Positions 47,248-59,514 of a stretch of 64,000 bases of DNA are shown piece after piece. The stretch covers positions 12,885,421 to 12,949,420 of the forward strand of contig JAHRHZ010000009.1 of assembly GCA_024137785.1 (NCBI GenBank), read 5' to 3'. Position 1 is the stretch's first letter. Every line of letters starts with the position of its first letter. A program made the translations under genes and the position numbers. The DNA comes from Ginglymostoma cirratum. Its lineage: Eukaryota. The notes under the pieces were generated by a model that saw nothing but the letters and a program-made list of their open reading frames with translations, made no database searches and was not told the DNA's origin.

Positions 47248-48767
47248 ATAAAGTATGATGAGAAAGACTGAGAAATTCATCTCTGAAAGATCTAGGTGAT
47301 CAAAACTCATCCGGGAGATCAGCCTGACACTAAATGCCTCCAATATTTACCCTTTTGTAGGAACTATCTCTGTCCCAGACAGAAACAGGTCCAGCCCTTG
47401 CTCGAAGGAATTCACAGAATATATGTATGAATATATATCAATGCGGGAAGGCTGTGGTGCAGTTCAAGCTGTCCAGGATATATATTGGAATGATTCACAG
47501 ATGGATAATAAACTTGATTGACTGTATCATGAAGAGAATCACTGCCCACCAGATGAGATGGCAGTCTGTTAGAGAGATTCCCTATTCACTAGAAAGAGAT
47601 CTATCTCTACACATCTGAACTAGATCTGGTTTACATAATTTAACGTTATAACCTGCCCCTTGTCCTTCTTAATATTTTTAATTGAAACAAGCTTTCAGCT
47701 GAAACACAACTTATTCCCCTCAATATGCTTTGAACTTCAAACAGATCAGTCCAAAGGTTTTTTGTTAAAAGTGTCCAGACACTTTAAGTCAATATTTTTC
47801 ATCCAGTTTTTAATCCAGTTCAATGTATTACTTCGAATAGCAAATGCTTCAATCTTGTAAAGAAACATTGGAATTAGAACTCTAACAGCACTATGGGTGT
47901 GACTGCATCAAATGAACTGCAGAATTTCAATAAGATGACTCACAGCCACCTTCTCAGGGGCAGCTGCTGAGTATATCCTCAAAATTCTTTAATAGATTTG
48001 AGAAAAACAATTTTACCTTTGTTGACGCTGCCTAATTGTATTCCGATTCTATAAGTGCCCTGTTGCTGGATCCCTAATAAATGTTTTTAGCATTTTCCCT
48101 ATTAATAGTGTCAGATCAATGGTTTAGAGTTTCCTGTTTTCTGTTTCACTAACAGGGTTACATTAGTTCCTTTCCAATCTGTTGAGACTGTTCCAGAATC
48201 TGAAGAATTCTGGAAGATCAAAATCAACATATTCACAGTCACTTGAAAATTCTAAGATGAAGGGCATCAGTTCCAAAAGATTTATTGCCTTTAAGTCCCA
48301 GTAATTCCTTCAGCATAACGTCAAAAATACAAGTAGTTTTGTAAGACATGATGATGTTTTGTGAAGCCATAATCTAATGTGTCTGCTGATACAAGAAACC
48401 AAACATTGTTCCTTCCTTCTTGGGTGCTGAGCATTTATTTGGCAATGCTGCTGCCTCTGATCTATTTAACAGCTTGATTTACCAACAATAAGGATGATCT
48501 GAGATCATGGGTTGAACAAAGCTGGTAATAGAAATTCTAGACTTGGGTTCCCTTGTCTTTAGGTTTTTTTCATAGCATTGAAATGCAATCATTGACTGCC
48601 AAACTAGCCATTGGAGGATCATGACAATGGCAAGGAATATGACTCCTGGTCCTATTGCAAAAGCTGATGCAGAAAGGATGCTGTAGTTCATTTTAGAGTT
48701 TGCATTTTCTCTAGCACTGATCTCACTACCTGGTTGTGAAATTTGGCCTTTGGTTGGGTGGAAGGGG

Positions 48768-48914
48768 TGAAGTTGGCAGGAAGATCTTACAATATTAAAC
48801 AGCCGCATCATACATCAGGATTGTTGTTTGTCACAGGCTGAAGTTGGCAGGAAGGTTTTACAATATTAAACAGCCACATTATACATCAGGATTGTGCTTT
48901 GCCACGGGCTGAAG
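48768..48914. repeat. Tandem duplication, 2 x 71 bp
   Basis: TGAAGTTGGCAGGAAG..TTACAATATTAAACAGCC.CAT.ATACATCAGGATTGT starts at 48768 and 48839; a third TGAAG lies at 48910. Confidence 0.92.
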
Positions 48915-49527
48915 ACTTCAATAATTTACAAAGGGCTCTTCCTTGAAATCTACACAGTGTCACTCTTGTGTAAGTCTCTATTTTCTGGTTTTGCATGTTA
49001 AGTATGCTTTATAAATGCAAGTTGTTGTTGGTCGTGGCCGTGAGGTGGTGGAAACTCAAATAGCCTGTAGGCTGTAGTTGGAGATTAGGGAGAATCTGAT
49101 TTCAATGAACCATTTCTTGTGTTAAGGCCACAAACTTGATGCAGCAATCTGTCTGATAGAAAGATCACAGATAATGACCATTATGTTGAGCTGGCACCCA
49201 CATGAAAGAGCAGGCATATGAATAGTAAAAGAAAGATAAAATAAATTACCTGCCACAGCACAGCTAGTGTTGCTCTTATTGTTAAACAAACTATCCAATC
49301 GTACTATCTGAATTGAGAGTTGCCACTGTACCTACCGAACAGTGAATATACAAGAGGAAATAAAAGGAAAGGTTCTGATTTTTAAAAACAAAATCATAGA
49401 ACCGTTTGAATGAACAGCAAGCATACTTATTGTCAACTCTTCCTGATTGGGTTTCACAAAATCACATCTTTCTTACCCTGAAGATGTATATGTCTGTGTG
49501 GAACTACATTGTTACCTTGAATGTTAA

Positions 49528-49955
49528 CTGTAGCTCAGTGATATTACTCTTACCCCTGATTCAGAAGATGTGGGTTTGACTTCCATTCAAAGCAATTGAA
49601 CTGATAATGCAGGCTAATGCTCCACAGCGGTGCTGAAGGTTTCTGCGCTGTTGACGATTCCATCTTTTCAATGATAGGTTAACTCAAGACCCTGTCTGAC
49701 CTCTCAGGCTAATATAAAATATCCCCTGGTACAATTTTAAGATGACCAGAGGAGTTCTCTCTAGTGCCAGCAACAATTCTCACTGAACTTCATTAAAACA
49801 CTGGCTGTTATTCTGTTTTTGTTTTAGGATCTTGTCGTGTGAAAATCAGTTACCCTATTTCCTATATTAATACAATGGCTAGACTTGGAAGTAGTTCATT
49901 GCCTTTAAAGTGTTTTAGGGTATCCTATGGTCATGAAACTGTTATAGTTGTCCTT
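49528..49955 (+). mobile_element. Near full-length Deu-domain-type SINE
   Basis: tRNA-like head GTAGCTCAGTG..CAGAAGATGTGGGTTTGA, body CCTCTCAGG..GGAGTTCTC and tail as in the other copies. Confidence 0.7.
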
Positions 49956-50919
49956 TTTGATTTTGATTGCTAAGGAGTGGATGTGGAATATTCATGAGCC
50001 GGTGTCATCACAGCCTTGTCATCATTATTTAAGCCCACTATCCTGTGGGGTTTTATAAGCCATGTTGACTCACTATTGCTGTTATTAGACCATTCATTTC
50101 GAAGGGTCAGGAGACTTGTGAAGAAGTGAAGCTGTAACTCTCAAAGTTACAAGATGTGTGATGTTGTGCCTTTAGTTCCTGGATGGCAGGTATTACATGA
50201 CGTCCTGAGTGCTGATCAAATAAGCAGCTTAAATGAGAAAACAGTTTTATTAAAGATTCTTATATAGACATCACTGCCTGAGTGTAATATTTACTTTCTT
50301 AGTGGAAATATGCATGTCATAAAGTTCATTTAATATTATACTTTCAAACACTCAGCTCTCTGAGTAGGAGGCTGCATTTAAAATCTTCTATTGCTCATTC
50401 ATGTTTTGCTCTTGCGGAGTAAGGTGAAGGTAAAATGTTACAGTTTTTCAGCAAAGGGCAGAGTGAGAGCAATCTGCAAATTAAAATCTGCAATCTGTGG
50501 GATGAACTGTGGGCTAACTCCCAAATATACGTTACACACTAATCATATCCAATCATTGCCTCTATGAAACTCATTGAAGACTGTACCATACATAGTGGAA
50601 CTATCAACAAAGACTTAGTTGCCATAAACATTGTCTTTCAGAAACTGACCAGGTAAACTACTATCTTTGTAGAATACTTTAGAGAATGTGAATTGAAGCA
50701 ACATGTGTAAGACATGTGGAGGACCTTCTGCACATTTACAGAAAGACAAGTGGCCCAGAATATGCAGGAATATAGCTTGTGAGCATCCTGTCTTCTTGTT
50801 GCTGCCAAAATTAAGTCTAGGGAGGAAGTGCTATGCTCAGATCTCCTGTCCCATTGCCAGTTGAGGCCTTATTGTTGGAAATAAATGACCATTTAAGGCC
50901 GCCAACTGCCTCCTCTTGT

Positions 50920-51290
50920 ATTTTGATTTGATTTTGATTGATTTGATTTGATTTATTATTGTTACATATACCGAGGTACAGTGAAAAGCTTTGTTTTGCA
51001 TGGATTACAGTCAGATCATACCATACAAAGTGCACCAGGGTAAAAGAACAGAGAGAGGAATACACTGTTAGTACTGTGCAGAAGGTGCACAAAGAATGAG
51101 ATCAACACTTAAATTTAAAATTTGAGAGGTCCGTTCAGAAGTCTGATACCAGCGGGGAAGAAGCTGTTCTTGAATCTGTTGGTAAATATGTTTAAGGTTT
51201 TGCATCTTCTGCCCAACAGAAGAGGTTGGAAGACATCATAACCTGGCTGGAAAGGGTCTTTGATTATGTTGGCTGCCTTCCAGATGCTAG
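50920..51290 (-). mobile_element. 3' end of a LINE (Rex/Babar-like) with an (AATCA)n tail
   Basis: (TTTGA)n then TTTATT at 50921-50960; GGGAAGAAGCTGTTCTTGAATCT reads RFKNSFFP on the minus strand. Clade assignment is from memory. Confidence 0.6.
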
Positions 51291-52204
51291 CACCAGCAGC
51301 CTTTCTGGGGAAGGTAAGATGTGTCCCTCACTGGCTGCTGAGCTGGTAGGCTAGGCTCCTGATATCTCCACATTATCCCTCACCCCCATCAAGAAGTCAT
51401 TTTCTGTTCCTTGTGTAGAGGTATTCCACAAGGAAGTGCAAAATGCATTTTGGAAATCAGGCTTTAGCACCCATTCTGTTGCATTCACTTTCAAGATTGG
51501 GGACATGGGATTAAGGGAGAGTACAGCACCTTGAAATTTTGGTGCCTGTTTATCCTTCAGTTTATAAAGGATGGCTATTAATCCAGCGATCTTCACTCTA
51601 CCTCACAGAAACAATGAGATGTTGAATGGTGTGGGATGGGGAGATATTTTCTATCTATGCAGAGTTGTCAGTAAGGACAGGATTTAGGGCACTGTGTGGC
51701 GAAAGGTAACTTCAGGGGGGCTGATTATTGCCTGACCCATCAATGGGGAAACTCACCAGATCAAGCACCAGTTCCGTACTTGAGTGCTGTCCAGCAAGCA
51801 TCTCAGCCTCTTCCGTGAGGGACCTGAAGAACATTCTGGAAACCCAAGCTTTGAAGGTATGAAAAGCTGCACTGCAGAACAGGCAAGTATAGCTTTTAGG
51901 GAATCATAAGAGGGTGTTGAGGGGAGAGGGGAATCGGGGGCTTGGAGGCAAGGGCAGGGTAGTGCCTTTCAGTGGTCATGTTCCTGCCCCAGATTCTGTC
52001 CATTCAAGGTCCTCATCAATTTGGCAGGCCTGGTTAGTCACCCTGATCTACCAAATATTAACTATGAGGGAAAATAGGCCATTCAGCTACTTGAGCCTGC
52101 TCTGCCCTTCAACAAGATCATGGCTGATCTGCTTGTGTTTCAAATTCCATATCCCCATTTATCCCAAAAACCTTTAATTCCCTTGCCTATAAAGAATCTT
52201 GAAG

Positions 52205-52490
52205 GATTCATAACCCCCATTAGCAGCTTTTCTTTACCCCCATCTCACCATTATCTATTCCTTCATGTGCACAACTGCTGTTCTGTCTGTCTGAGCTCCG
52301 TCTTCACCTGTCATTTACTCCTCCCACTCTAGCCCAGTCTTCAGCATATATACCAATCTTTTCCTACTTACAATCAGTTCTGAGGAAGGGTCACTGGACC
52401 CGAAATATTGACTCTGCTTTCCATCCACAGATACTGCCAGATACAACCAAACGTGCTGATGTTCTCATGTAATTTCTGTTTTAGTTTCAG
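52205..52490 (+). mobile_element. Longer Penelope-like terminal fragment, family C, with a hammerhead motif at 52376-52413
   Basis: A C/T-rich leader, then AGTT-CTGAGGA-A-GGGTC(ACTG)GACCC-GAA-ATAT-T-GACT and CACAGATACTGCCAGA. Confidence 0.7.
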
Positions 52491-54129
52491 TTGAAACACG
52501 TGCAATCTAACCACGTAAGACAACCCACTCATTCAAGGTATCAATCTCCTCTGAACCGCTGCCGACACATTTATATCCTTCCTTAAATAAAGGAAAGCAG
52601 CCACTTTTCCTGCCTGCAATAAGGCAGATAATTGGGCTGGTGATGGGTTGAAGTCCTTAAGCAGCCATTAATTGACCAGTTAGGACTTTAATTGGTGCTG
52701 GGCTTTGGAAATTGCTTAAAGATTTTTCACCCAGAATTATTTGTCCTACTTGCCACTTTCCTTGTCACTTCTACAGAGGGGAAAAACCATATCCTATGTT
52801 CCTGATGTGGTTCCACATCCCACTAGTTTTAGTTGCCTTGATACAGTAGGTTTGATTCAGACAAAGGAAGGCTGCTACCTCCAGCACCCCAGAGGAGCAG
52901 GAATTTAATTTCGGGGTCAAATTCACATCAGGTCACACGGAACCATTTTAACTGTGGAACCAATTCCAACCCTTGGCAGTGAACTCCAATGCTCAACAAT
53001 TTGGACTTCTGCCCATCATAGGTGAGATTGTTCCCACTTCAGATAGGAATCAGATTTGGGGCATTTAAATGAGCACCGGCAGATAAAATCTCTCCATTCC
53101 TCACAGTCCAGGACACTGGACAGAGGTTAGTGCCTGGGGATGACTCAATGCCCAGGTAGTAAAAGTGAATGGTATTTGGTTGCACTGGTTTTATTGTCTT
53201 TCCCCACACAGTGCTTACCATTCCCAGGGTATCCAGGTGCCTTCCTCTTGGCCCAACAACTCTGTTCAGGTTAGCACTTGATGCCATCAGTGGGAACATT
53301 CCTAACCAATTACAAGACCAATCTATTTATGAGTATGGGTAGTGTGAATGCAGGAAGATCCCTGCAGATCTGCATGCTTGTGAAATTCACTTGTGCTTCC
53401 ACGTTGGAAAAAAATAATATTTCTTTCAATTATTTGAGGACCGAATATCCACCATCATTTTGCATCACGAGGGCATGTTGCTAAATCCATGTGGATTCAC
53501 TGGAATGAAACCAGAACTGAAATGGAAGTATAAATTGAGAGGGGAGGTTGCATAATATTTGGTTTGTATTCCCTTGAGAATGTATCATTGAGGGTTGATC
53601 TAATTGACTTGCTTGAGATGATTAAAGATTTCAATAAAATAGGTCAGGAGGATCCTGTTTCCTCTTGGGGCCTGGGTGGGAGGTGGCTGCTGGTGGTGTT
53701 GGGACAGGTGATGGAGGTGGGAGGAGGTGGGTAAATAGGTTAGGTAGAGGAGGTGGGTGGAAGTGGCTAATCCACCACAAGGAGGAATACCATCCAAATT
53801 AAAGCAAGGTGACTCAGGGGTGATGTCAGGGTGCACTTTTCACACAAAATGTGCCATTCTGGAAATCTCTTCCCAAAGAGCTGTTGAGCTGGCCAATCAA
53901 CTGTAAATATCAAAACTAAAACTGATGGATTTTCATTGGTTAAGGATATTATTAATGATGATGAAACTAAAGTGGGATGGAATTAAGATTCAGACCAGCA
54001 TGATCTAATTCCTCCCATTCCCAATCCTCTGAATATGAATTGCTGCTACCAATTGTTCCACAGTGACAGTGACTGTCGGCTCATCAATGCATTAAAGATT
54101 AGCTCAATTCACCTGTATTCACTGACAGT

Positions 54130-54715
54130 TTAGTTAGTCATCTGCTGCCAAAGTCTTCATCTACCTTTGTTACCTCGAAACCTGACTGTTCATTCCAATT
54201 CACTCCCCTTGAGAGTTCAGGTTTATCCTCCGTGAACCTGAACTTATCCAAAACCGTACTGTCCATGTTCTAACTCACAACAGGTCTCATTTACCCATCA
54301 TCTCTGGTTCTCTGATATTGGCTCCTGGTTAATCAGTGCCTCAATTTTAAGAGTTTCATTCTGATTTACAAACACTCCACAGCCTTGTCCACCACTTTTT
54401 CCATAATTTCCCACAGCCCCACAACTCTCCGAGATATCTGTATTTCTCTAATTCCAGCTTCCTTAAAACCTCAGCTTATAAGTGGTCCTCCATTGGACAC
54501 AATGTTTGTAGTTGTTTGTACCCAAACACTGGAATTGCTTCCACAAACTTCCCTGCCTACCCATTCTCCCTTGTCCTTTAAGGTTACCCTGAATAACTAT
54601 GTCTTTGACATTGCCTTGGCCAGTTGTCCAAATATTGCTTTACATAGTTCAGTGTCAAATTTTGCTTCTTATCACACCTATAAAGCACCTTGAAGCATTT
54701 TAAGAACATTAAAAG
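54130..54715 (+). mobile_element. Decayed L2 LINE 3' fragment
   Basis: CTTCATCTACCTTTGTTACCTCG..TGACTGTT (LIHAFVTSRLDY-like) and ATTGGCTCC..AATTTTAAG..ATTCTGATTTACAAA.ACTCCA (LHWLP..FKIL.L.YK.L-like). Confidence 0.6.
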
Positions 54716-55579
54716 ATCTAAATATATTCAAGCTGTTCAAGCTTTGTTAGGGAGGTATGTATACCATAAGGGCTATATTTCACACAGGGCTGACCAAATA
54801 ATCTGACATTTAGAACACTCCTGAATTTAGTGGTCAAGTCCCTAGCACGATTGCTTACACAGTAACTAACAAAATAAGTCTGTGTGACTCTGAGGTCTCC
54901 AGAACTGAGAATGATATGCGTGCCATTGGATGGAACCCAAACTGTCAGTGACTTATGAGAAATGACGAAGGACAAATGGTAACAATCCCATCCTACCTGG
55001 ACTGAAGGGTTCAGAGATGAAAAAGCCTAATTAGTTTTGGTGTAAATGATACTCTTAATTCAAAACCACTTACATTATTTGATCATTCTATACTTTTTAG
55101 TGCAAAGCACACCTTTGAAGTATCAATAGACTGTAACTCTAACCCATGGATAAAAACGATCCTATTTCTCAGATCTCTAAAATGTATTCACTTGTTTTTA
55201 GAAATCATTAGAAGTATTGATGTCATCAAGCAAAACTTCATTGGATCTTGGCCAAACTTTAATACCTGATCGCAACAGAAGAGTAACAGGCAGGAAACAT
55301 CCAAAACATCTGGTGAAGATTGTTTAATTCAAGTCAACTCTCTTTAGATTATGGAGTGAGCTGTTCAGTCTTCTGTATGGTCCTGAATGTCCTGTTTCTG
55401 ATGTCTTAATTACAATTGGCAACATAAGGTCAGCTGTGTAACCAGAAATGAAGATCTCTCGTTCCTCTTTGGCTGAGGGTTGTTGATTGACTCCTAAGTG
55501 TCACAATTATTTTCTCCAATGTTATCTGTTTATCCCAGTTTCTGCCTGTCAGTCACCTGACAAACTGGTGCTGAACATT

Positions 55580-55760
55580 GCGTAATCACTGACAAAAATC
55601 CTGGACTTCCCTCCCTAAGGAAATTGAAGGTCAACCTACAGCATGTGGACAGCAGCGGTTCAAGAAGGCAGCTCACTATCATCTTCTCAAGCGCAATTAG
55701 GGATGGACAATAAATGCTGGCCAGCAAGTGACACCCACATACCACGAGTGAATAAAAAAA
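55580..55760 (+). mobile_element. LINE 3' tail shared with the SINE family at 7630-7922
   Basis: GCAGCGGTTCAAGAAGGCAGCTCAC..CTTCTCAAG.GCAATTAGGGATGGACAATAAATGCTGGCCAGC. Confidence 0.7.
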
Positions 55761-56419
55761 CCTGCAATAATTTCCTAAAAGGCAGTGAGAACTCCAACTT
55801 GCCAACGCCCAGAATTCCATGCTCCCTGATTGACCTTTGCTGTCACAATCTATCCCAGTCTCAGACCAGAATGTTCAGGAGTCTGAACATCTACAAAAGC
55901 AAAATAAGTATCAGGAAAACAGTGTGAACAGCCAACACTATAATATGGTAAGATAATTGTGCAAATTTTCCCAGATGTGACTCTCTCTTTTGAGACTAAT
56001 TAGACTAGTCTAATTTAATCTAATTAGACTAAATCCCAAAAGCAGTCGAACTAATTTTGTTCCTGGCAAAGATAGTTTTGAAGGACTTTGTGACCAAGAT
56101 TGATGACTTGTATGATGAGTGGACTGCTCAGCCAATTCTTAAGAATTGTCTTAGTAATATCTGCCATTTAATGTGGAATTTATAGTTTATAACCAACCAT
56201 CACCTGCCTGTTCATTTATTTTACCTTAATTCTGGGTTTTAGCATACAAGTGGTTATCCAGGAGAGTATTTAGTTTGCTTTGTTTGATTTTTGTATGACA
56301 AGAATTCTTCTCTTTAAACCAGAATGTATAAAAGATCACATATCAGCTTGCTGGTTATAAAAACACAAGGTATATCTGTCATCTCTGCCAAAGACATGAT
56401 TCCTGCACAGAAATTCTTA

Positions 56420-56558
56420 CGAAGTACCTGAATAAGAAATGGTTGGAGGAATATGGACCAAGGACAGGCAGGTGGGGCTAGTTTAATTTGGGATTGTGGT
56501 CGGCATGGACTGTTGGACCAAAGGGTCTGCTTCCGTGCTGTCTGGCTCTATGACTCTA
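56420..56558 (+). mobile_element. CR1 3' tail fragment
   Basis: GGTCGGCATGGAC.GTTGGACCAAAGGGTCTG.TTCCGTGCTGT..CTCTATGACTCTA, as at 40490-40552. Confidence 0.8.
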
Positions 56559-56899
56559 AGTTTGAATCTCATATGTAAACACCTCACTGAGGAAAGGTTA
56601 GTAACAGGCCCTCAAGAAGGAGAAAATTTACTTTGGACAGGAATAAGGTTGTCAGATCTGTGCTACTTAGTCTTTTTCAGACAGAAGAGTGAACTAGTGT
56701 GTTGGTTAGTTCAACAAAGAAGATAAGAGAATGGGAAGAAGGTTGGTGACAGTGCAGACAAGATACTGCCATCACTGTTGCAGAAATCAGCTTAATCTGT
56801 TGATTCATCCTCTGTGAAAAATAAGCCACCCTCCCTTGTTGTATGCTTTACCTACCTATTTATTGTGTACATCATGGTTGAATAGTTGAAAAAAACTAG

Positions 56900-56998
56900 A
56901 AGTGTCACTGGACCCAGAACACTTACTCTGCATTCACTTCACAAATACTGCCAAATCTCTGGAGTTTCTCCAACAATTTCTGTTCTTGTTTCAGATTT
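56900..56998 (+). mobile_element. Degenerate short Penelope-like element, family C
   Basis: GTCACTGGACCC..ACTCTG..CACAAATACTGCCA..GAGTTTCTCCAACAATTTCTGTT. Confidence 0.6.
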
Positions 56999-58175
56999 GA
57001 ATGGTTCCTTTTTAATAAACTACCAATGAGCTATTTTAAATACACATTTTTGTGTAATCTGTGACTCCCAAACTTAAATTTTACATGAGATTTCTGAAGT
57101 GGGATCACAGTGCTAGACTTGAGACTTGAAAACAACGTTTATAAATCTTAGATGCAAATGAGTAAAACCAGGAGCTACAATGGCATTGAATATTACAAGG
57201 AGCAACCAATAGTAAGTCTGAACTGCTGAATGATTAGGATTAGTTTGTAATTTAAAATAAATGGTTTGATCACCTCCTTCCCCAGCTTGAAATCACTTTC
57301 CCCACGTTAGGTTCCCTCGCTAAACTGTATCGACTCTCCTTAGACAAAGGTTACTCTCCATACTGCAAATACATGCCACATTTGGTCAAATTTAGCATTC
57401 ATGTCAACAATTCTGACTCACCTCTGGAATTCAGGTCTTGAGTCATGGTTGGACCGAGATTGTAAATACCTCTGGAGCCTGCTTACTTTGACTGGAACCC
57501 AAACTGAGCATTAGCAAGCAGATGCTTGGTCAGTGAGGACCACTTGATAGCACTATCAACAACTACTTCTGACAATACGCTATGATTTGAAACAAGCCGA
57601 TAAGTTGGTAATTGGCTTGATTTTTTTTGGGGGACAGGATGTGCTAAGACTATCTGACACTTCCTAAGATAAATGCTAGTGTTGCAGCTCCATCTGAAGC
57701 AGCTCAGCTAATAATGTGGCTCACTCGAAAGCACACATTTTCATCACTGCAACCAGGTGTATCCAGTGCCTTTCACCATTTGTTGATATCACACAAAGTG
57801 AATAAAATACTGAATACTGTTATCCGTGACGGTAAAGACATTAGGAGATAGTCCAAATGGATCATTGCCTCAGCACCTCTGCCTGAAAATGGTTGCCAGT
57901 GCTTCAGTCTTGACTTTTGTACTCAAATGTGGCTTCTACCACCATTAAGCAAAATATTTTATGCTTCTGTTAGTTGCTGGTTGCACACCAGCATTGATAA
58001 CTGAATGTGACAAATCTTGACCTGAAATGAGGCTTGTGGGATTGTTTGATTCTGTCTATAGCTGCTAGATTTCGCCTTTCTACATTCATCCTTTGTTACT
58101 CCTGGCATGCTGTCTTGCACTTCTCAGTGAACTGAGGTTAGTAACTGGACTGAAAGTCATGGGGGAATGATTCGG

Positions 58176-58634
58176 ATGTGAAAATAAGAGATATGGGTAG
58201 TAAATTTGCAGGTGACATCAAAATAGGTTGTGCAGTGGATCGTAAAGAAGGTTATCTCAGCGTACAATGGTATCTTGATAGCATAGGCCAATGGGTCAAG
58301 GATTGCCAGATGGAGTTTAATTTAGATGAATGTGAGGTGCTGCATTTTGGAAAGGCAAATCAAGGCAGAACTTATACACTTGATGGTAGAGTCCTGGGGG
58401 GTGTTGCTGAACGATGAGTCTGAGGGGTGCAGGTGCATAGTTCATTGAAAGTGGAGTCAACACAGTGTGGAGCTGGAGGAACACAGCAGGCCAGGCAGCA
58501 CCAGAGGAACAGGAAAGTCAACGTTTCCAGTTGGGACCCTTCACCAGAGCTGATGATGCCTGGTCGGTGTGGACAAGTTAGACTGAAGGGTCTGTTTCCA
58601 TGCTTTATGACCCCATGACTCTATGATTCTATGT
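58176..58634 (+). mobile_element. Internally deleted CR1 fragment containing a family-A Penelope-like element (58459-58550, minus)
   Basis: ORF 58178-58417 reads SKFAGDIKIG..QMEFNLDECEVLHFG. The insert read on the minus strand is CTGGTGAAGGGTCCC..GAAACGTTGACTTTCCTG..GCCTGCTGTGTTCCTCCAGCTCCACAC. Confidence 0.75.
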
Positions 58635-59151
58635 ATACCAGGTGGAGGGTTTAGAATGTGGCAGAACACAATTTTGCTGAAGCATGTCACAGATGTTCAG
58701 TTTTGATCTGGCAGAACTGTTGTTAGTGTATTACATTTAACATGGTGGTGGCTGGTACACAACAGAATGGAGGGTGGTCTCAGTGTGAACTTGATCTCCA
58801 TGAGGTCTGTGCAGTGGTCACTCCCACTAAAGCTGTCAGGGACGGACACATCTTTAACAGATAGGTTCATGAGTATAAAGTCATGTAGGTTACCTGCTTA
58901 TGTTGTTTTATGCTTGTTCTGTTGTAAGATCAGGTTATTTCCTTCAGAAACTATATAAGTTACCCACCCTAAATATTGAAATAACAGCATCCTGAAATCT
59001 GGAATAGGGTCAATAGGGTTAAACAATCAGTGGTGAGACATTTTACCCTGCCAAACCTTCTGGAGATGGATGGGAACTCAATGGTTTTAGGTGCCAACAC
59101 CATAACTGTATAATCATAGCATTACACAAATTTATGACACAAGAGGCTGCT

Positions 59152-59511
59152 TACAGGTGTACAAAATGATCAGAGGTATAGATAGAGTAGACAGCTAGAG
59201 ACTTTTTCCTAGGGTGGAGGTAGATATTACGAGGGGGCATAGTTTAAAAGTGAGTGGAGGTAGATATAGGGGAGACGTCAGAGGTAGGTTCTTTACTCAG
59301 AGAGTGGTCAGGGCGTAGAATGCATTGCCGGAGAGGGTAGTGGAGTCGACCTTATTAGGGGCATTTAAGCGGCTACTAGATAGGCATATAGATAATAGTA
59401 TAAGGTAGGGGTGGAGGTTAGATAGACCTTAGGATTAGGGTAAAAGTTTGGCGCAACATCGTGAGCCAAAGGGCATGTACTGTGCTGTACTGTTCTATGT
59501 TCTATGTTCTA
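59152..59511 (+). mobile_element. CR1 3' end with a (TTCTATG)n tail
   Basis: ACGAGGGGGCATAGTTTAAAA (TRGHSLK), TTCTTTACTCAGAGAGTGG and tail GTTCTATGTTCTATGTTCTA. Confidence 0.88.
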
Positions 59512-59514
59512 GTA

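Noticed and set aside
49528-49600. tRNA genes at SINE heads (also 8130-8200 and 7640-7690)
   Set aside because: A/B-box remnants run straight into SINE bodies and do not form a cloverleaf.
55995-56032. 18-bp palindrome AATTAGACTAGTCTAATT with local repeats
   Set aside because: Short AT-rich local duplication or inversion with no TSD and no second copy; probably a repair scar.
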